A stretch of DNA of 64,000 nucleotides from positions 9,035 through 73,034 of the forward strand of contig DASQAZ010000055.1 of assembly GCA_035635475.1 (NCBI GenBank), in the 5' to 3' direction. Below the pieces are notes generated by a model, which was given only the letters and a program-made list of their open reading frames with translations, searched no databases and had not been told where the DNA came from. This document shows positions 11,451-24,781 of the stretch, piece by piece; within the stretch, counting starts at the first letter, position 1; each line of letters starts with the position of its first letter. A program made the translations under genes and the position numbers. The stretch comes from Bacteroidota bacterium. GTDB lineage: Bacteria; Bacteroidota; Ignavibacteria; UBA10030; SZUA-254.

Positions 11451-14400
11451 ATGGCCTTTTCACACGAAAACATCATTAAGAAAAACTTTTCCAAGATCAC
11501 GATTACCCTCGCGTCGTCGGATCTCATCCTTTCGCGATCCCACGGAGAGGTAACGAAGCCGGAGACGATCAACTATCGCTCGTTCCGCCCTGAAAAGGAC
11601 GGACTGTTCTGCGAGAAGATTTTCGGACCCGTGCGGGATTGGGAATGTCACTGCGGAAAGTACAAGCGGATCCGGTACAAGGGAATCATCTGCGACCGAT
11701 GCGGGGTCGAGGTAACCCAGAAGAGCGTGCGCCGGGAACGGATGGGTCACATATCCCTCGCGGTACCGATTGTCCATATCTGGTACTTCCGCTCCTCGCC
11801 TTCCAAGATCGGCAGCATCCTGGGCCTGAGCGGGAAGGATTTGGAACGGATCATTTACTATGAATCCTACGTGGTCGTGCAGCCGGGGCCGACCGGCCTT
11901 CATCAGATGGATCTGCTCTCCGAAGAGCAATACTACGACATTCTCGCATCGCTCCCCGATAAGAACCAGGATCTTGAGGATAACGACGAGAAAAAATTTA
12001 TCGCGAAGATCGGCGGCGATGCCATGAAAGCCCTTCTGAAGCGGGTGGAGGTTGAAGTCCTTGCAGCCACGCTCCGCGCCGGTTCAAAGGAAGAAACCGC
12101 CGTTCAGAAGAAACAGGAGATTCTCAAGCGGCTTCGCGTCGTCGAGGCGTTCCGCGAACGGGAAAACGGTCCGGCGAACAAACCGGAGTGGATGGTTCTG
12201 GATGTGATTCCGGTGATCCCGCCCGAGCTGCGTCCGCTGGTGCCGCTTGAAGGGGGCCGGTTCGCGACCTCCGATCTGAACGATCTGTATCGCAGGGTCA
12301 TTATCCGCAATAATCGTCTCAAGCGGCTGATCGAAATCAAGGCGCCGGAAGTCATCCTGCGCAATGAAAAACGGATGCTCCAGGAAGCGGTCGACTCACT
12401 GTTCGATAATTCCCGGCGCGTCAATGCGGTCCGTTCCGACAACAACCGGGCCCTGAAGTCGCTCTCCGACATGCTGAAAGGGAAACAGGGACGGTTCAGA
12501 CAGAATTTGCTGGGGAAACGCGTCGATTACTCGGGCCGATCGGTCATCGTCGTCGGACCGGAGCTGAAACTGCACGAGTGCGGCTTGCCCAAGGATATGG
12601 CTGTCGAGCTCTTCAAGCCGTTTATTATCCGAAAGCTGATCGAACGCGGGTTGGTCAAGACGGTCAAGAGCGCAAAGAAGATGGTGGACAAGAAAGGGCA
12701 GGAGGTGTGGGAGATTCTGGAAAACATCATCGACGGGCATCCGGTTCTGCTCAATCGCGCCCCGACCCTTCACCGGCTCGGCATCCAGGCATTTCAGCCG
12801 GTTCTCGTGGAAGGAAAGGCGATCCGCATCCATCCCATGGTGTGCACCGCGTTCAACGCGGATTTTGACGGAGACCAGATGGCGGTGCACGTGCCGCTCT
12901 CGTTCGATGCGCAGCTCGAAGCGCGGATCCTCATGCTCTCGAGCCATAATATCCTTTCGCCCTCGAACGGTGCGCCGATCGTCCACCCGACGCAGGACCA
13001 GGTGCTCGGATGCTATTACCTGACGAAGTCGAAAGCAGGCGACGTCGGAGAGGGAAAGAACTTCTCCTCTCCCGACGAAGTCATCATCGCCCACAACCTG
13101 GACAAGCTGGGGCTGCACGCCCGCATCAAGGTGCGGATCGACGGAAAGACAATCGAAACGACCACCGGCCGGGTTATCTTTAACCAGATCGTTCCGAAGG
13201 GACTCGGGTTTATCAACGAGCTTCTCAATAAGAAGCGTCTCACGCAGATAGTCCAGACGGCATTCCGCACCTGCGGCAACTTGAGGACGGCGGAGTTTCT
13301 TGATCATTTGAAGAATCTGGGCTTCACCTATGCGGCCAAGGGCGGTTTGTCGGTCAGCGTCGGCGACGTGATCATCCCCAAGGAGAAAGAGGAGGTGATC
13401 GCAAAGTCGACTCGCGACGTCGATGCCGTACAGAACCAGTACTATCGCGGCTTTATCACGAACGGTGAACGATACAATAAAGTGATCGATATCTGGACCC
13501 GGACCACCAACAAGGTTGCCGAGCGGTTGTTCGATGCCCTCCAGCATGCGCGGGACGGCTTCAACTCCCTCTATATGATGGTGGATTCCGGCGCGCGCGG
13601 ATCCCGCGAGCAGGTGCGCCAGCTCGCCGGAATGCGCGGACTGATGGCCAAGCCGCAGAAGAGCATGTCGGGGGCTACGGGAGAACTGATCGAGAATCCC
13701 ATCATAGCAAACTTCCGGGAAGGTCTTTCGATCCTCGAATACTTCATTTCGACCCACGGAGCCCGAAAGGGTTTGGCCGACACCGCGTTGAAAACAGCTG
13801 ACGCGGGTTACCTCACACGCCGCCTCGTCGACGTTGCGCAGGATGCGATTGTCGCGCATCTGGATTGCGGGACAATCCGCGGGGTCGTTACCGGAGCCCT
13901 GAAGGAAGGTGAAGACGTCAAAGAACCGCTCGCCGAACGAATTCTCGGCCGCGTGGCTGTCCATGATGTGGTCGATCCGCTCACCCGGAAGACAATCGTG
14001 AAGGCCGCCGAAGAGATTGATGAACGGAAGGCTGCATTGATCGCCGAGACCTCGATCGAGACCGTTGAAATCCGGTCGGTGCTCGCCTGCGAAGCGAAGC
14101 GGGGAGTCTGTGCCAAGTGCTACGGGCGCAACCTGACGACATCGAAGCTCGTCGAGCCGGGTGAGCCCGTCGGGATCATTGCGGCACAGTCGATCGGCGA
14201 ACCGGGCACGCAGTTGACCCTGCGGACCTTCCATACCGGCGGCACCGCGAGCCTCATCGCCACGCAGTCGCAGATCGTTTCGAAATTCGACGGTATCGCA
14301 AAGTACGACGGTATCAAGTATCTGAAACTCTCGGACGCGGACGGCAAGCTGATCGTGCTCGGGCGAAGCGGCGTGATCAACATCCTCGACGCCGACAACC

Positions 14401-15734
14401 GCGTGCTGACGAAGTACGACGTGCCCTACGGCGCGACGCTCCTTGTGAGCGACGGCGCACCGGTGAAGAAGGGTGAAATCATCTACGAGTGGGATCCCTA
14501 CAATGCCGTGATCATCTCCGAGCACCGGGGAGTCGTCAAATATCAGGATCTCAAGGAGAACATCACGTACCGCGAGGAACCCGATGAGCAGACCGGGCAC
14601 ATCCAGAAGGTGGTGATCGATTCTCGCGACCGGGCGTTAAGCCCCACCCTCAACATCGTCAACGACAAGGGTCAGAAGGTCGGAAGCTACATCATTCCGA
14701 CCAGGGCCCACCTCATCGTCAACGACGGCGAGGAAGTTCAGGCAGGGACGGTGCTGGTGAAAATTCCGCGGGACAGCGGAAAGACGCGCGACATCACGGG
14801 CGGTTTGCCGAGGGTGACTGAGCTGTTCGAGGCAAGGAGCCCGGCCGACCCGGCTATCGTTTCGGAAATCGACGGCGTCGTGAAATTCGGCGCGCAGAAG
14901 CGCGGATCCCGCGAGATCAAAGTGATGAGTCACGACGGCCAGGATGAGCGTCAGTATCTGATCCCGATGGGGAAACATATCCTGGTCCAGGAGAACGATG
15001 TCATCCGCGCGGGCGAGCGGCTATCCGATGGAGCGATCGACCCGCACGATATCCTGCGGATCAAGGGCGTCGGCGCGGTGGAGGAATATCTGGTGAACGA
15101 GATCCAGGAAGTCTACCGGATGCAGGGCGTCAAGATCAACGACAAGCACATCGAGGTCATTGTGAGACAGATGATGCAGAAGGTACGAATCGTCGATCCG
15201 GGAGACACGAAGTTTCTCGAGGATGATTACGTCGACATCATCAGCGTGAACACGGAGAACGAGAGCCTGAAGGATCAGGTTGTCATCACGAAGAAAGGCG
15301 ACTCCAAGCTCAAGGAGGGGCAGATCCTCTCGAAGAAGAAAGTCCGGGAGGTCAACGCCGACCTGCGGAAGAAGAGCAAAAAGATTGCGGAGTTCCGCGA
15401 CGCGATGGCGGCGACCTCGGAGCCGGTTCTGCTCGGAATCACCCAGGCCGCGCTCTCGACCGACAGCTTCATTTCCGCCGCGTCGTTCCAGGAAACGACA
15501 AAGGTGCTCACCGATGCGGCAATCGAAGGCAAAGTGGATCACCTGCTCGGACTCAAGGAGAATGTGATCATGGGTCATCTGATTCCGGCTGGGACCGGAC
15601 TGAAGAAATTCCGGAATATTATCGCGCTTCCGAAGGAAGACGTGGTTGAGCCGGTTGCCGAACCCACGCCCGAGCCGGTGGAGGGGGAGAAAAAGAAAGT
15701 GCGAAGGCGCGAAAAGGCCGTGGCAGCCGAATAA
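11451..15734 (+). CDS. rpoC: DNA-directed RNA polymerase subunit beta'
   Basis: 1427 aa. Zn finger [20 protein letters not shown], catalytic [12 protein letters not shown]. Confidence 0.98.
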   Translation: MAFSHENIIKKNFSKITITLASSDLILSRSHGEVTKPETINYRSFRPEKDGLFCEKIFGPVRDWECHCGKYKRIRYKGIICDRCGVEVTQKSVRRERMGHISLAVPIVHIWYFRSSPSKIGSILGLSGKDLERIIYYESYVVVQPGPTGLHQMDLLSEEQYYDILASLPDKNQDLEDNDEKKFIAKIGGDAMKALLKRVEVEVLAATLRAGSKEETAVQKKQEILKRLRVVEAFRERENGPANKPEWMVLDVIPVIPPELRPLVPLEGGRFATSDLNDLYRRVIIRNNRLKRLIEIKAPEVILRNEKRMLQEAVDSLFDNSRRVNAVRSDNNRALKSLSDMLKGKQGRFRQNLLGKRVDYSGRSVIVVGPELKLHECGLPKDMAVELFKPFIIRKLIERGLVKTVKSAKKMVDKKGQEVWEILENIIDGHPVLLNRAPTLHRLGIQAFQPVLVEGKAIRIHPMVCTAFNADFDGDQMAVHVPLSFDAQLEARILMLSSHNILSPSNGAPIVHPTQDQVLGCYYLTKSKAGDVGEGKNFSSPDEVIIAHNLDKLGLHARIKVRIDGKTIETTTGRVIFNQIVPKGLGFINELLNKKRLTQIVQTAFRTCGNLRTAEFLDHLKNLGFTYAAKGGLSVSVGDVIIPKEKEEVIAKSTRDVDAVQNQYYRGFITNGERYNKVIDIWTRTTNKVAERLFDALQHARDGFNSLYMMVDSGARGSREQVRQLAGMRGLMAKPQKSMSGATGELIENPIIANFREGLSILEYFISTHGARKGLADTALKTADAGYLTRRLVDVAQDAIVAHLDCGTIRGVVTGALKEGEDVKEPLAERILGRVAVHDVVDPLTRKTIVKAAEEIDERKAALIAETSIETVEIRSVLACEAKRGVCAKCYGRNLTTSKLVEPGEPVGIIAAQSIGEPGTQLTLRTFHTGGTASLIATQSQIVSKFDGIAKYDGIKYLKLSDADGKLIVLGRSGVINILDADNRVLTKYDVPYGATLLVSDGAPVKKGEIIYEWDPYNAVIISEHRGVVKYQDLKENITYREEPDEQTGHIQKVVIDSRDRALSPTLNIVNDKGQKVGSYIIPTRAHLIVNDGEEVQAGTVLVKIPRDSGKTRDITGGLPRVTELFEARSPADPAIVSEIDGVVKFGAQKRGSREIKVMSHDGQDERQYLIPMGKHILVQENDVIRAGERLSDGAIDPHDILRIKGVGAVEEYLVNEIQEVYRMQGVKINDKHIEVIVRQMMQKVRIVDPGDTKFLEDDYVDIISVNTENESLKDQVVITKKGDSKLKEGQILSKKKVREVNADLRKKSKKIAEFRDAMAATSEPVLLGITQAALSTDSFISAASFQETTKVLTDAAIEGKVDHLLGLKENVIMGHLIPAGTGLKKFRNIIALPKEDVVEPVAEPTPEPVEGEKKKVRRREKAVAAE

Positions 15735-15737
15735 TCG

Positions 15738-15766
15738 TTGACAATAACAGGGAAAATACGTATATT
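15738..15766 (+). promoter_or_regulatory. sigma70-type promoter for the rpsL-rpsG-fusA-tuf (str) operon
   Basis: TTGACA (15738-15743), spacer ataacagGGAAAATAcg (17 nt), TATATT (15761-15766). Starts 4 nt after the rpoC stop. Confidence 0.6.
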
Positions 15767-15800
15767 TACAGACTTTGCTGAAATTAAGGAGTTTTGACGT

Positions 15801-16172
15801 CTGCCGACCATAAATCAACTTGTTAGGTTAAGCAGGGAGCAGTTAGTCTGGAAGAGTAAGGCCCCGGCGCTGCAGGGTTCTCCTCAGAAGAGGGGCGTCT
15901 GCACACGGGTCTATACGACCACTCCCAAGAAACCGAATTCAGCCCTGCGGAAGGTTGCGCGCGTCCGCCTCACGAACAGCATCGAGGTGACGGCCTATAT
16001 CCCGGGTGAAGGGCATAACTTGCAGGAGCACTCGATCGTGTTGATCCGGGGTGGCAGGGTAAAGGATTTGCCGGGCGTGCGGTACCATATCGTCCGGGGA
16101 ACACTGGATACGGCCGGCGTCACCGACCGGAAGCAGGGAAGATCGAAGTACGGGGCGAAGAAACCCAAGTAG
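15801..16172 (+). CDS. rpsL: 30S ribosomal protein S12 (apparent CTG start)
   Basis: The ORF track shows only the C-terminal 61 aa. S12 homology (PTINQLVR...[30 protein letters not shown]) begins directly after the CTG at 15801. In-frame TGA at 15795-15797. AAGGAG at 15786-15791. Confidence 0.85.
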   Translation: MPTINQLVRLSREQLVWKSKAPALQGSPQKRGVCTRVYTTTPKKPNSALRKVARVRLTNSIEVTAYIPGEGHNLQEHSIVLIRGGRVKDLPGVRYHIVRGTLDTAGVTDRKQGRSKYGAKKPK

Positions 16173-16177
16173 CGCGT

Positions 16178-16645
16178 ATGCGAAAGAAGACAGCGACAAG
16201 AAGAATCACGCTCCCGGATCCAAAATATAACGATGTTTTGGTTTCGAAGTTCATCAACAGCGTCCTGAAGCGCGGGAAGAAACATCTCGCCCGGTCGATT
16301 GTGTACGATGCCTTCGCCATCGCGGAACAGCGCGGGAAAAATTCCGGGCTGGAGGTATTCCGGAAGGCGATCAACAATGTCAAGCCGGTTCTCGAAATCC
16401 GCGCGCGGAGAGTCGGCGGTGCAACGTACCAGATTCCGACGGAAGTCCGTCCCGACCGCAGCATCGCGCTCGCCATCCGGTGGCTGATCGCCTATGCGAG
16501 CGAGCGGAAGGACAAATCGATGTCGTTGAAACTTGCAGCGGAGTTTGTCGCCGCGTCGAATAACGAAGGTAATGCTGTAAAGAAGAAAGAAGATACCCAT
16601 AAGATGGCTGAAGCGAACAAGGCCTTCGCCCACTTCAAGTGGTGA
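16178..16645 (+). CDS. rpsG: 30S ribosomal protein S7
   Basis: 155 aa. [37 protein letters not shown]. Confidence 0.97.
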   Translation: MRKKTATRRITLPDPKYNDVLVSKFINSVLKRGKKHLARSIVYDAFAIAEQRGKNSGLEVFRKAINNVKPVLEIRARRVGGATYQIPTEVRPDRSIALAIRWLIAYASERKDKSMSLKLAAEFVAASNNEGNAVKKKEDTHKMAEANKAFAHFKW

Positions 16646-16676
16646 AGGTGCAGAGAAAGATGAGATTGCGATAGTT

Positions 16677-18779
16677 ATGCCAAGAGCTTATCCCTTAGAA
16701 CGAACGCGAAATATCGGCATCATGGCGCACATCGACGCCGGGAAAACGACGACGACGGAGCGCATACTTTTTTATACGGGCGTCCTGCACCGTATGGGCG
16801 AAGTCCATGATGGAGCTGCGACGATGGATTGGATGGAGCAGGAGAAGGAACGCGGCATCACGATCACGAGCGCTGCGACCACCTGTTTCTGGAACAACCA
16901 CCGGATCAATATCATCGACACGCCGGGACACGTCGACTTCACCGCCGAAGTGGAACGCTCGCTCCGCGTACTCGACGGGGCCGTGGCGCTGTTTTGCGCC
17001 GTTGGCGGCGTGGAACCGCAGTCGGAGACCGTGTGGCGCCAGGCGGATAAGTACGGCGTCCCGCGACTGGCATTCGTGAATAAGATGGATCGCGTGGGAG
17101 CCGACTTCTTCAACTGCGTATCGATGATCAGGAGCCGGCTGGGCGCGAACGCGGTTCCGGTCCAACTTCCCGTCGGCGAAGGCGACCTGTTTACAGGGGT
17201 CATCGATTTGATCACCATGAAGGCCCGTATTTTCCATGAAAATACGGCCGGAACGACCTGGGACGATCTCGAGATTCCCCATGATCTGCTGAAGCTTGCA
17301 CAGGAGTATCGGACGAAGATGCTCGAGGCGGTATCCGACGAGGATGATACGCTGCTGGAAAAATATCTGGAGGGGAAGGATATCTCTCCCGCCGAGATCA
17401 AGACCGTCCTCCGGCGCGCGGCTCTGAAGGCGAGCATCGTCCCCGTCCTTTGCGGCTCTTCGTTCAAGAATAAGGGAGTCCAGAGCCTGCTCGATGGGGT
17501 CGTTGATTTTCTGCCATCGCCGCTCGATATCGGCGCCGGAGAAATCACCGGGCATCACGCGAACATGAAGGATCATATCGTCCGAAAAGTGTCCGATAAC
17601 GAAAAATTCTCGGCGCTGGCGTTCAAGATTATGACCGATCCGTATGTCGGAAAGCTGACATTTTTCCGTGTGTATTCCGGGACCGCCAAGACGGGGACCT
17701 ATGTCTACAATTCTATTTCTGAGCGGAAAGAACGAATCGGCCGGCTTCTCCGGATGCACGCCAACCACCGGGAAGATGTGGATGAGGCGTTCACGGGGGA
17801 TATCGTCGCCGTGGTCGGGCTGAAGCATACCAGGACCGGCGATACGCTGTGCGACGAGAACGATCCGATCATCCTCGAGAAGATGGATTTCCCGGAGCCG
17901 GTGATTTCTGTTGCAATCGAGCCGAAGACGAAAGCCGACCAGGAGAAGATGGGCGAAGCCCTCTCGAAACTTGCAGAGGAGGACCCGACCTTCAAGGTTT
18001 CCACGAATGAGGAGACGGGCCAAACCATCATCAGCGGGATGGGGGAACTCCATCTTGAGATTATCATCGACCGGATGAAGCGGGAATTCAAGGTTGAGGC
18101 GAATGTAGGCAAACCGCAGGTCGCCTACAAGGAAACGATTCGGAAGAAGGTCGAACAAGAAGGCAAATTCGTGCGCCAGTCCGGCGGGCGCGGTCAGTTC
18201 GGCCATGTGTGGATCACCGTTGAGCCCAACGAGATGGGCAAGGGATATGAATTCGAGAATGCGGTAGTTGGCGGGTCGATCCCGAAGGAATACATCAATT
18301 CCGTCTCGGAAGGAATCGTCGAGGCGATGCGCAACGGCGTTCTTGCAGGATATCCCATGGAGGATGTGAAGGTGAAACTGTTCGACGGATCATACCATGA
18401 GGTCGATTCGTCCGAGATGGCATTCAAGATCGCGGGCTCGATCGCGTTCAAGGCGGCAGCGAAGAAGGCGCATCCCGTTCTGCTTGAGCCGATCATGGAT
18501 GTTGAAGTCGTGACCCCCGAGGAGTACATGGGCGACGTGATGGGCGATCTGAGTTCGAGGCGCGGTAAGATCGAGGGTCTGACCGCCCGGAAGGATGCCC
18601 AGGTGATCAAGTCGAGAGTGCCTCTCTCCGATATGTTCGGTTATTCAACGACACTCCGGTCGATGACTCAGGGAAGGGCTATTTACACGATGCAGTTCTC
18701 GCACTATGAAGAAGTTCCACAGAGTATTTCCGACCAGATTATCGAAAAAGTTAAAGGCAAGGAAGCCGTTCTGGCGTAA
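16677..18779 (+). CDS. fusA: elongation factor G
   Basis: 700 aa. [33 protein letters not shown]. Confidence 0.98.
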   Translation: MPRAYPLERTRNIGIMAHIDAGKTTTTERILFYTGVLHRMGEVHDGAATMDWMEQEKERGITITSAATTCFWNNHRINIIDTPGHVDFTAEVERSLRVLDGAVALFCAVGGVEPQSETVWRQADKYGVPRLAFVNKMDRVGADFFNCVSMIRSRLGANAVPVQLPVGEGDLFTGVIDLITMKARIFHENTAGTTWDDLEIPHDLLKLAQEYRTKMLEAVSDEDDTLLEKYLEGKDISPAEIKTVLRRAALKASIVPVLCGSSFKNKGVQSLLDGVVDFLPSPLDIGAGEITGHHANMKDHIVRKVSDNEKFSALAFKIMTDPYVGKLTFFRVYSGTAKTGTYVYNSISERKERIGRLLRMHANHREDVDEAFTGDIVAVVGLKHTRTGDTLCDENDPIILEKMDFPEPVISVAIEPKTKADQEKMGEALSKLAEEDPTFKVSTNEETGQTIISGMGELHLEIIIDRMKREFKVEANVGKPQVAYKETIRKKVEQEGKFVRQSGGRGQFGHVWITVEPNEMGKGYEFENAVVGGSIPKEYINSVSEGIVEAMRNGVLAGYPMEDVKVKLFDGSYHEVDSSEMAFKIAGSIAFKAAAKKAHPVLLEPIMDVEVVTPEEYMGDVMGDLSSRRGKIEGLTARKDAQVIKSRVPLSDMFGYSTTLRSMTQGRAIYTMQFSHYEEVPQSISDQIIEKVKGKEAVLA

Positions 18780-18804
18780 GATGAAACCTAAGGAGACCTG
18801 ATAC

Positions 18805-20016
<1,212 letters not shown>

Positions 20017-20037
20017 ACAACAGAAGGAACGGACACG

Positions 20038-20346
20038 GTGGCCGGACAGAAAATACGCATTAAATTAAAATCGTACGATCACGCTCTGATCGACAAATCG
20101 GCGGAAAAGATCATTAAAACGGTCAAGTCCACCGGCGCGGTCGTCTCCGGGCCCATTCCGTTGCCTACGAAGCGGACGCTGTACACTGTTTTGCGGTCGC
20201 CGAACGTCGACAAGAAATCGCGAGAACAATTCGAGATGCGATCCCATAAGCGCCTCATCGACATCCTCAACTCGTCCAACAAGACGGTTGATTCGTTGAT
20301 GAAGCTTGAACTCCCCGCAGGCGTCGATGTGGAGATCAAAGTATAA
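20038..20346 (+). CDS. rpsJ: 30S ribosomal protein S10
   Basis: 102 aa, GTG start. [48 protein letters not shown]. Confidence 0.97.
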   Translation: MAGQKIRIKLKSYDHALIDKSAEKIIKTVKSTGAVVSGPIPLPTKRTLYTVLRSPNVDKKSREQFEMRSHKRLIDILNSSNKTVDSLMKLELPAGVDVEIKV

Positions 20347-20468
20347 GACCGTCTCCGGTCTCTAAGGCCAATCTGACTTTATAATACCCCGAAGGTGGCG
20401 CTCTCAGCGTCACGAATCGGCGGGATTTTAGTTGCAAGTAACGATCGAAGGGACTCAGGATCCGATCT

Positions 20469-21101
20469 ATGCCGGGTATTCTTGGAAAAAAAATCGGGAT
20501 GACGAACGTTTTCGACGAGACGGGCGAAGCAGTTCCGTGCACCGTCATCGAGGCGGGGCCGTGCTTCGTCGCCCACATCAAGACGAAGGAACGCGACGGC
20601 TATGAGGCTCTTCAACTCGGATTCGGCGAAGCCAGGGAACGTCTGGTGAATAAACCGACTGCCGGTCATTATAAGCGGGCGGGAGTGAGTGCCAAGCGCC
20701 TCCTGCGCGAGTTCAGGAACTTTGACACCAGCAAGTTTCAGCTCGGGGCCGAAGTCAAGGTGGACTCGATCTTTGCAAAGGGTGATATCGTTTCCGTGGC
20801 AGGGACTTCGAAAGGCCGGGGTTTTCAGGGCGTCGTGAAACGGCACCATTTCGGAGGCGGATCGCGGACACATGGCCAGAGCGATCGCGAACGGGCTCCA
20901 GGCTCGATCGGTTCCAGTTCCTTTCCTTCGCGGGTGTTTAAGGGCATGCGAATGGCGGGCCGGATGGGCGGAGAGCGGGTGACGGTGAAAAATCTTCGCA
21001 TCGTTCAGGTGATTCCCGAGTCGAATTTGCTGCTGGTTCGCGGATCGGTCCCGGGCCATATCAATAGTTACGTCGAGATTCTTAAAGAGCGTCAAGGCTG
21101 A
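20469..21101 (+). CDS. rplC: 50S ribosomal protein L3
   Basis: 210 aa. [30 protein letters not shown]. Confidence 0.97.
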   Translation: MPGILGKKIGMTNVFDETGEAVPCTVIEAGPCFVAHIKTKERDGYEALQLGFGEARERLVNKPTAGHYKRAGVSAKRLLREFRNFDTSKFQLGAEVKVDSIFAKGDIVSVAGTSKGRGFQGVVKRHHFGGGSRTHGQSDRERAPGSIGSSSFPSRVFKGMRMAGRMGGERVTVKNLRIVQVIPESNLLLVRGSVPGHINSYVEILKERQG

Positions 21102-21103
21102 GA

Positions 21104-21730
21104 ATGGAACTCGAAATTTACAAAAAAGACGGGACGGCGACGGGCGAACACGTCCGCCTATCGCCCGAGGTGTTCGAGATACAGCCGAACGACCATGCGA
21201 TCTATCAGGCGGTGACGACCTATCTCGCGAACAGGCGCCAGGGGACGCACAAGACGAAGACCTATGGCGAGGTGAGCGGGAGCGGCAAGAAACCGTGGAA
21301 ACAAAAGCATACCGGCCGCGCGCGAGTCGGGGCGGTCCGGTCTCCTCTCTGGAGAGGAGGGGGTACGATCTTCGGCCCCATGCCGCGAGACTATTCAAAG
21401 AAGCTGCCGAAGCAGGTCAAGCAGCTTGCCAGAAAGTCGGCCCTGAGCTATAAGGCCAAAAACGCATCGATCAGGGTTGTTGAAGACTTCACGCTCGAAC
21501 AGCCGAAGACCCGGGAACTGGCGGCAATACTCAAAGCGCTGCAGCTATCCGAGCAAAAGACGTTGCTCGTTGTGCCCAGGAAGGATGATTCGATCTGGAA
21601 GTGCGGCAGAAACATCCCGTATCTCAACATCATCGAAGCGTCGAAAGCATCGACGTATGAAATCCTCGACAACAGTATTCTCCTGATTCAGAAGAGCGCC
21701 GTCGAGGTTTTGGAAAAAACCTTTCATTAA
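21104..21730 (+). CDS. rplD: 50S ribosomal protein L4
   Basis: 208 aa. GSGKKPWKQKHTGRARVGAVRSPLWRGGG. Confidence 0.97.
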   Translation: MELEIYKKDGTATGEHVRLSPEVFEIQPNDHAIYQAVTTYLANRRQGTHKTKTYGEVSGSGKKPWKQKHTGRARVGAVRSPLWRGGGTIFGPMPRDYSKKLPKQVKQLARKSALSYKAKNASIRVVEDFTLEQPKTRELAAILKALQLSEQKTLLVVPRKDDSIWKCGRNIPYLNIIEASKASTYEILDNSILLIQKSAVEVLEKTFH

Positions 21731-21740
21731 AAACTGAACC

Positions 21741-22031
21741 ATGATCGGGATTCTCTACCGTCCGATTGTAACGGAAAAAATGACGAATGTGCAGGAGAAG
21801 GGGCTGTATGCCTTCGAGGTCGCCCCGGGGGCGACGAAGATCGACATCGCCCGCGCGGTGGAAAAGAAATTCAACGTTTCGGTGAGGAACGTCCGTACGA
21901 TGAACTGTAAGGGCAAGACGAAATCACAAATGACGAAGCGCGGAAAATTTGAGGGAAGGACGTCGCGTTTCAAGAAGGCGATCGTGACCCTCAAAGAGGG
22001 CGACAAAATCAACCTCTTTGAAAACGTCTAA
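21741..22031 (+). CDS. rplW: 50S ribosomal protein L23
   Basis: 96 aa. Position, and YAFEVAPGATKIDIARAVEKKFNV. Confidence 0.95.
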   Translation: MIGILYRPIVTEKMTNVQEKGLYAFEVAPGATKIDIARAVEKKFNVSVRNVRTMNCKGKTKSQMTKRGKFEGRTSRFKKAIVTLKEGDKINLFENV

Positions 22032-22052
22032 CGGAAGGGGAAAAGGCACCCG

Positions 22053-22880
22053 ATGGGAATGCGCAGCTTAAAACCGACGACGCCCGGAACACGGTGGATG
22101 ACGATTCCGACGTTCGACGAGATTACCAAGTCCGAACCTGAAAAATCGCTGATCGAGCCAAACAATAGATCCGGGGGGCGCAACTCGAACGGTCATATCA
22201 CCTCGCGCCACCGCGGAGGGGGTCACAAACGATTTTATCGCATCATCGACTTCAAGCGGGATAAAAAAAGAATTCCCGCAAAAGTCACCGCGATCGAGTA
22301 TGATCCGAACCGTTCGGCGAGGATTGCCCTGCTGATGTATTCCGACGGCGAGAAACGCTATATCCTTGCCCCGGATGGCCTCAAGGTGGGAGAGGTGATC
22401 TCCTCCGGAGTCGATGCCGACGTCAAGATCGGCAACGCGATGCCTCTTGGGAATATTCTGGTCGGAACATTCGTCCACAACGTGGAAATGCGCCCCGGAA
22501 AAGGCGGACAGATGGCGCGAAGCGCCGGCTGTTCGATCCAGGTGATGGCAAAAGAGGGGAAATACGCCCAGCTTCGTTTGCCCTCGGGAGAGATTCGCAA
22601 CGTCCCTCTCGAGTGTTTTGCGACGATCGGCGTCGTGAGCAACATCGAGCATGAGAATATCACGATCGGCAAGGCCGGCCGGTCGCGCTGGCTGGGCATT
22701 CGGCCGCAGTCACGCGGCGTCGTTCAGAACCCGGTCGATCACCCCCACGGCGGGGGTGAAGGGAAATCCCCGCAGGGAAATCCCCACCCGGTATCCCCCT
22801 GGGGCTGGCATACCAAGGGAAAGAAAACCCGGCACCATAAGCTGAAATCGAATAAGTACATCGTCAAGCGACGTAAATAA
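22053..22880 (+). CDS. rplB: 50S ribosomal protein L2
   Basis: 275 aa. [38 protein letters not shown]. Confidence 0.97.
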   Translation: MGMRSLKPTTPGTRWMTIPTFDEITKSEPEKSLIEPNNRSGGRNSNGHITSRHRGGGHKRFYRIIDFKRDKKRIPAKVTAIEYDPNRSARIALLMYSDGEKRYILAPDGLKVGEVISSGVDADVKIGNAMPLGNILVGTFVHNVEMRPGKGGQMARSAGCSIQVMAKEGKYAQLRLPSGEIRNVPLECFATIGVVSNIEHENITIGKAGRSRWLGIRPQSRGVVQNPVDHPHGGGEGKSPQGNPHPVSPWGWHTKGKKTRHHKLKSNKYIVKRRK

Positions 22881-22895
22881 TCCCGGAATCTTCGG

Positions 22896-23198
22896 ATGAG
22901 CCGATCTCTCAAAAAGGGCGCCTTTGTCGACCAGAGGCTGCTGGCGAAAGTCGAAGCCATGGCGAAGTCGGGCCAGAAAAAGGTGATCAAGACCTGGTCG
23001 CGATCCTCCACGATCACGCCAGACTTTGTCGGGCACACGTTCGCCGTGCACAACGGAAACAAATTCATCCCGGTGTATATCCACGAGGGGATGGTAGGGC
23101 ATAAGCTCGGTGAGTTCGCCCCTACCAGGATCTTCCGCGGCCACCCCGGGCTGAGGAGCGAAACCACTACCACCGAAGCCGCACCCGAGGCAAGCTAA
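22896..23198 (+). CDS. rpsS: 30S ribosomal protein S19
   Basis: 100 aa. [28 protein letters not shown]. Short Thr/Ala-rich C-terminal tail. Confidence 0.97.
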   Translation: MSRSLKKGAFVDQRLLAKVEAMAKSGQKKVIKTWSRSSTITPDFVGHTFAVHNGNKFIPVYIHEGMVGHKLGEFAPTRIFRGHPGLRSETTTTEAAPEAS

Positions 23199-23202
23199 GC
23201 CG

Positions 23203-23673
23203 ATGCTGGAAGCTCGAGCCATAAACCGGTATATCAATTCCTCGCCCCGCAAGATGCGGCTGGTCATCGATCTGATCCGCGGCCGCTCGGTGAACGAGGC
23301 GATCAGCATCCTTCATTTCTCGCCGAAGCACGCGGCGAGGGTTGCCGAAAAAGTAGTACGTTCCGCGGTTTCGAACCTGCAAAATAAGGATGAAGCCGGA
23401 AGGGTGAACCCGGAATCGCTCTATATTAAGACAGCCTACGTCGACGGCGGGCCCGGTATGAAGCGCATGCTGCCTGCCCCGATGGGACGGGCGTACAGGA
23501 TCGTCAAGCGTTCAAACCACCTGACAATCATCGTGGCTCAACGAGAGGAAAAGTCTAAGGCGCCCGCGAAACCGCGGGAGAAGCATGTCCAGCAGAAGCA
23601 AGAAGTTGAAAGACCGAAAGAGAAAGTGAAAGACAAACCGAAAGTGAAAGACAAACCGAAAGAGAAAGAGTAG
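23203..23673 (+). CDS. rplV: 50S ribosomal protein L22 with Lys-rich repeat C-terminal tail
   Basis: 156 aa. [24 protein letters not shown] core, followed by a charged tail of about 45 aa. Confidence 0.96.
   Translation: MLEARAINRYINSSPRKMRLVIDLIRGRSVNEAISILHFSPKHAARVAEKVVRSAVSNLQNKDEAGRVNPESLYIKTAYVDGGPGMKRMLPAPMGRAYRIVKRSNHLTIIVAQREEKSKAPAKPREKHVQQKQEVERPKEKVKDKPKVKDKPKEKE
23626..23661 (+). repeat. perfect 18-nt tandem duplication (GTGAAAGACAAACCGAAA x2) inside the rplV tail
   Basis: 23626-23643 and 23644-23661 are identical and encode VKDKPK twice. Confidence 0.9.
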
Positions 23674-23681
23674 GGGGTCCT

Positions 23682-24338
23682 TTGGGTCAAAAAGTACATC
23701 CGGTCGGATTTCGGCTCGGCATCCTGCGCTCGTGGGATTCAAATTGGTACGACGATAAGGATTTTGCCGGGAAACTCCAGGAGGATCTCCGCGTCCGGAA
23801 CTATATCCACAACCGGCTGAAAAAGGCCGGGATTTCGAGGATCCTGATCGATAGAACTCCCAAGAAAGCCGTGATCACGATCCATACGTCGCGCCCAGGA
23901 ATCGTGATCGGCAGAAGCGGGAAAGAGATCACGCAATTGGAAGAGGAGCTCAAGCAAATCACCAACAAAGAGGTGAAGATTCTCATTCATGAGATTAAGC
24001 GTCCCGAGCTGGACAGCTTTTTGCTCGCCGAGAATATAGCGGGACAGCTCGAAGGCAGGATGTCGTTCCGGCGCGCGATGAAAATGGCGATTACATCGGC
24101 GATGCGCATGGGCGCCGAAGGCGTGCGCGTCATGTGCGGCGGCCGGCTTGGCGGCGCCGAAATTGCCCGGTCTGAACAGTACAAAGAAGGCAGGATTCCA
24201 CTCCACACCCTGCGGGCCGACATCGATTACGCTCAGGCCACTGCGATGACGATTTATGGGACGATCGGAGTGAAGGTATGGATCTGCCGGGGCGAAGTCC
24301 TCGACCGGACGCCAAAAGAGCCCCGGGGAGCGATCTAA
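23682..24338 (+). CDS. rpsC: 30S ribosomal protein S3
   Basis: 218 aa, TTG start. [22 protein letters not shown]. Confidence 0.97.
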   Translation: MGQKVHPVGFRLGILRSWDSNWYDDKDFAGKLQEDLRVRNYIHNRLKKAGISRILIDRTPKKAVITIHTSRPGIVIGRSGKEITQLEEELKQITNKEVKILIHEIKRPELDSFLLAENIAGQLEGRMSFRRAMKMAITSAMRMGAEGVRVMCGGRLGGAEIARSEQYKEGRIPLHTLRADIDYAQATAMTIYGTIGVKVWICRGEVLDRTPKEPRGAI

Positions 24339-24339
24339 A

Positions 24340-24762
24340 ATGTTGCTTCCGAAAAGAGTTAAATATAGAAAGGCCCAGCGCGGCCGCATGAAGGGCAAGG
24401 CAACCCGCGGGGCGAGTGTCGCGTTCGGTGATTTCGGCTTGAAAGCGCTCGAACCCGGCTGGATCACCCAGCGCCAGATCGAAGCGGCCCGAGTCGCCCT
24501 CACCCGCTTGATGAAGCGGGAGGGAAAAGTATGGATCAGAATTTTCCCGAGCAAACCGGTGACAAAAAAGCCCGCCGAGACGCGCATGGGCAGCGGCAAG
24601 GGGGTCCCGGAGTTCTGGGTGGCCGTCGTCAAACCCGGGACAATCATGTTCGAGCTCGGTGGGATCAAGCAGGCCGTCGCCTCCGAGGCCATGGATCTGG
24701 CCTCGCACAAGTTGCCGGTCAAGACCAGGATGGTCATACGGCCCTCGTACCACGCGGGTTGA
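24340..24762 (+). CDS. rplP: 50S ribosomal protein L16
   Basis: 140 aa. [19 protein letters not shown]. Confidence 0.97.
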   Translation: MLLPKRVKYRKAQRGRMKGKATRGASVAFGDFGLKALEPGWITQRQIEAARVALTRLMKREGKVWIRIFPSKPVTKKPAETRMGSGKGVPEFWVAVVKPGTIMFELGGIKQAVASEAMDLASHKLPVKTRMVIRPSYHAG

Positions 24763-24781
24763 TCATGAGGAAGGATACCCT

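Noticed and set aside
12396-14600. 734-aa ORF antisense to rpoC
   Set aside because: The + strand frame encodes an unmistakable RNA polymerase beta' subunit. The antisense product is low-complexity (Arg/Leu/Asp/Gly-rich) with no motif. It is the typical GC-rich, stop-poor antisense frame.
16695-18206. 503-aa ORF antisense to fusA
   Set aside because: EF-G is certain on the + strand. The antisense ORF is a compositional artefact.
20379-21398. 339-aa ORF antisense across rplC/rplD; likewise 23739-24737 across rpsC/rplP and 29152-30096 across rplO/secY
   Set aside because: Each spans two independently certain + strand genes, which is implausible for a real gene. Arg/Ser/Pro-rich composition.
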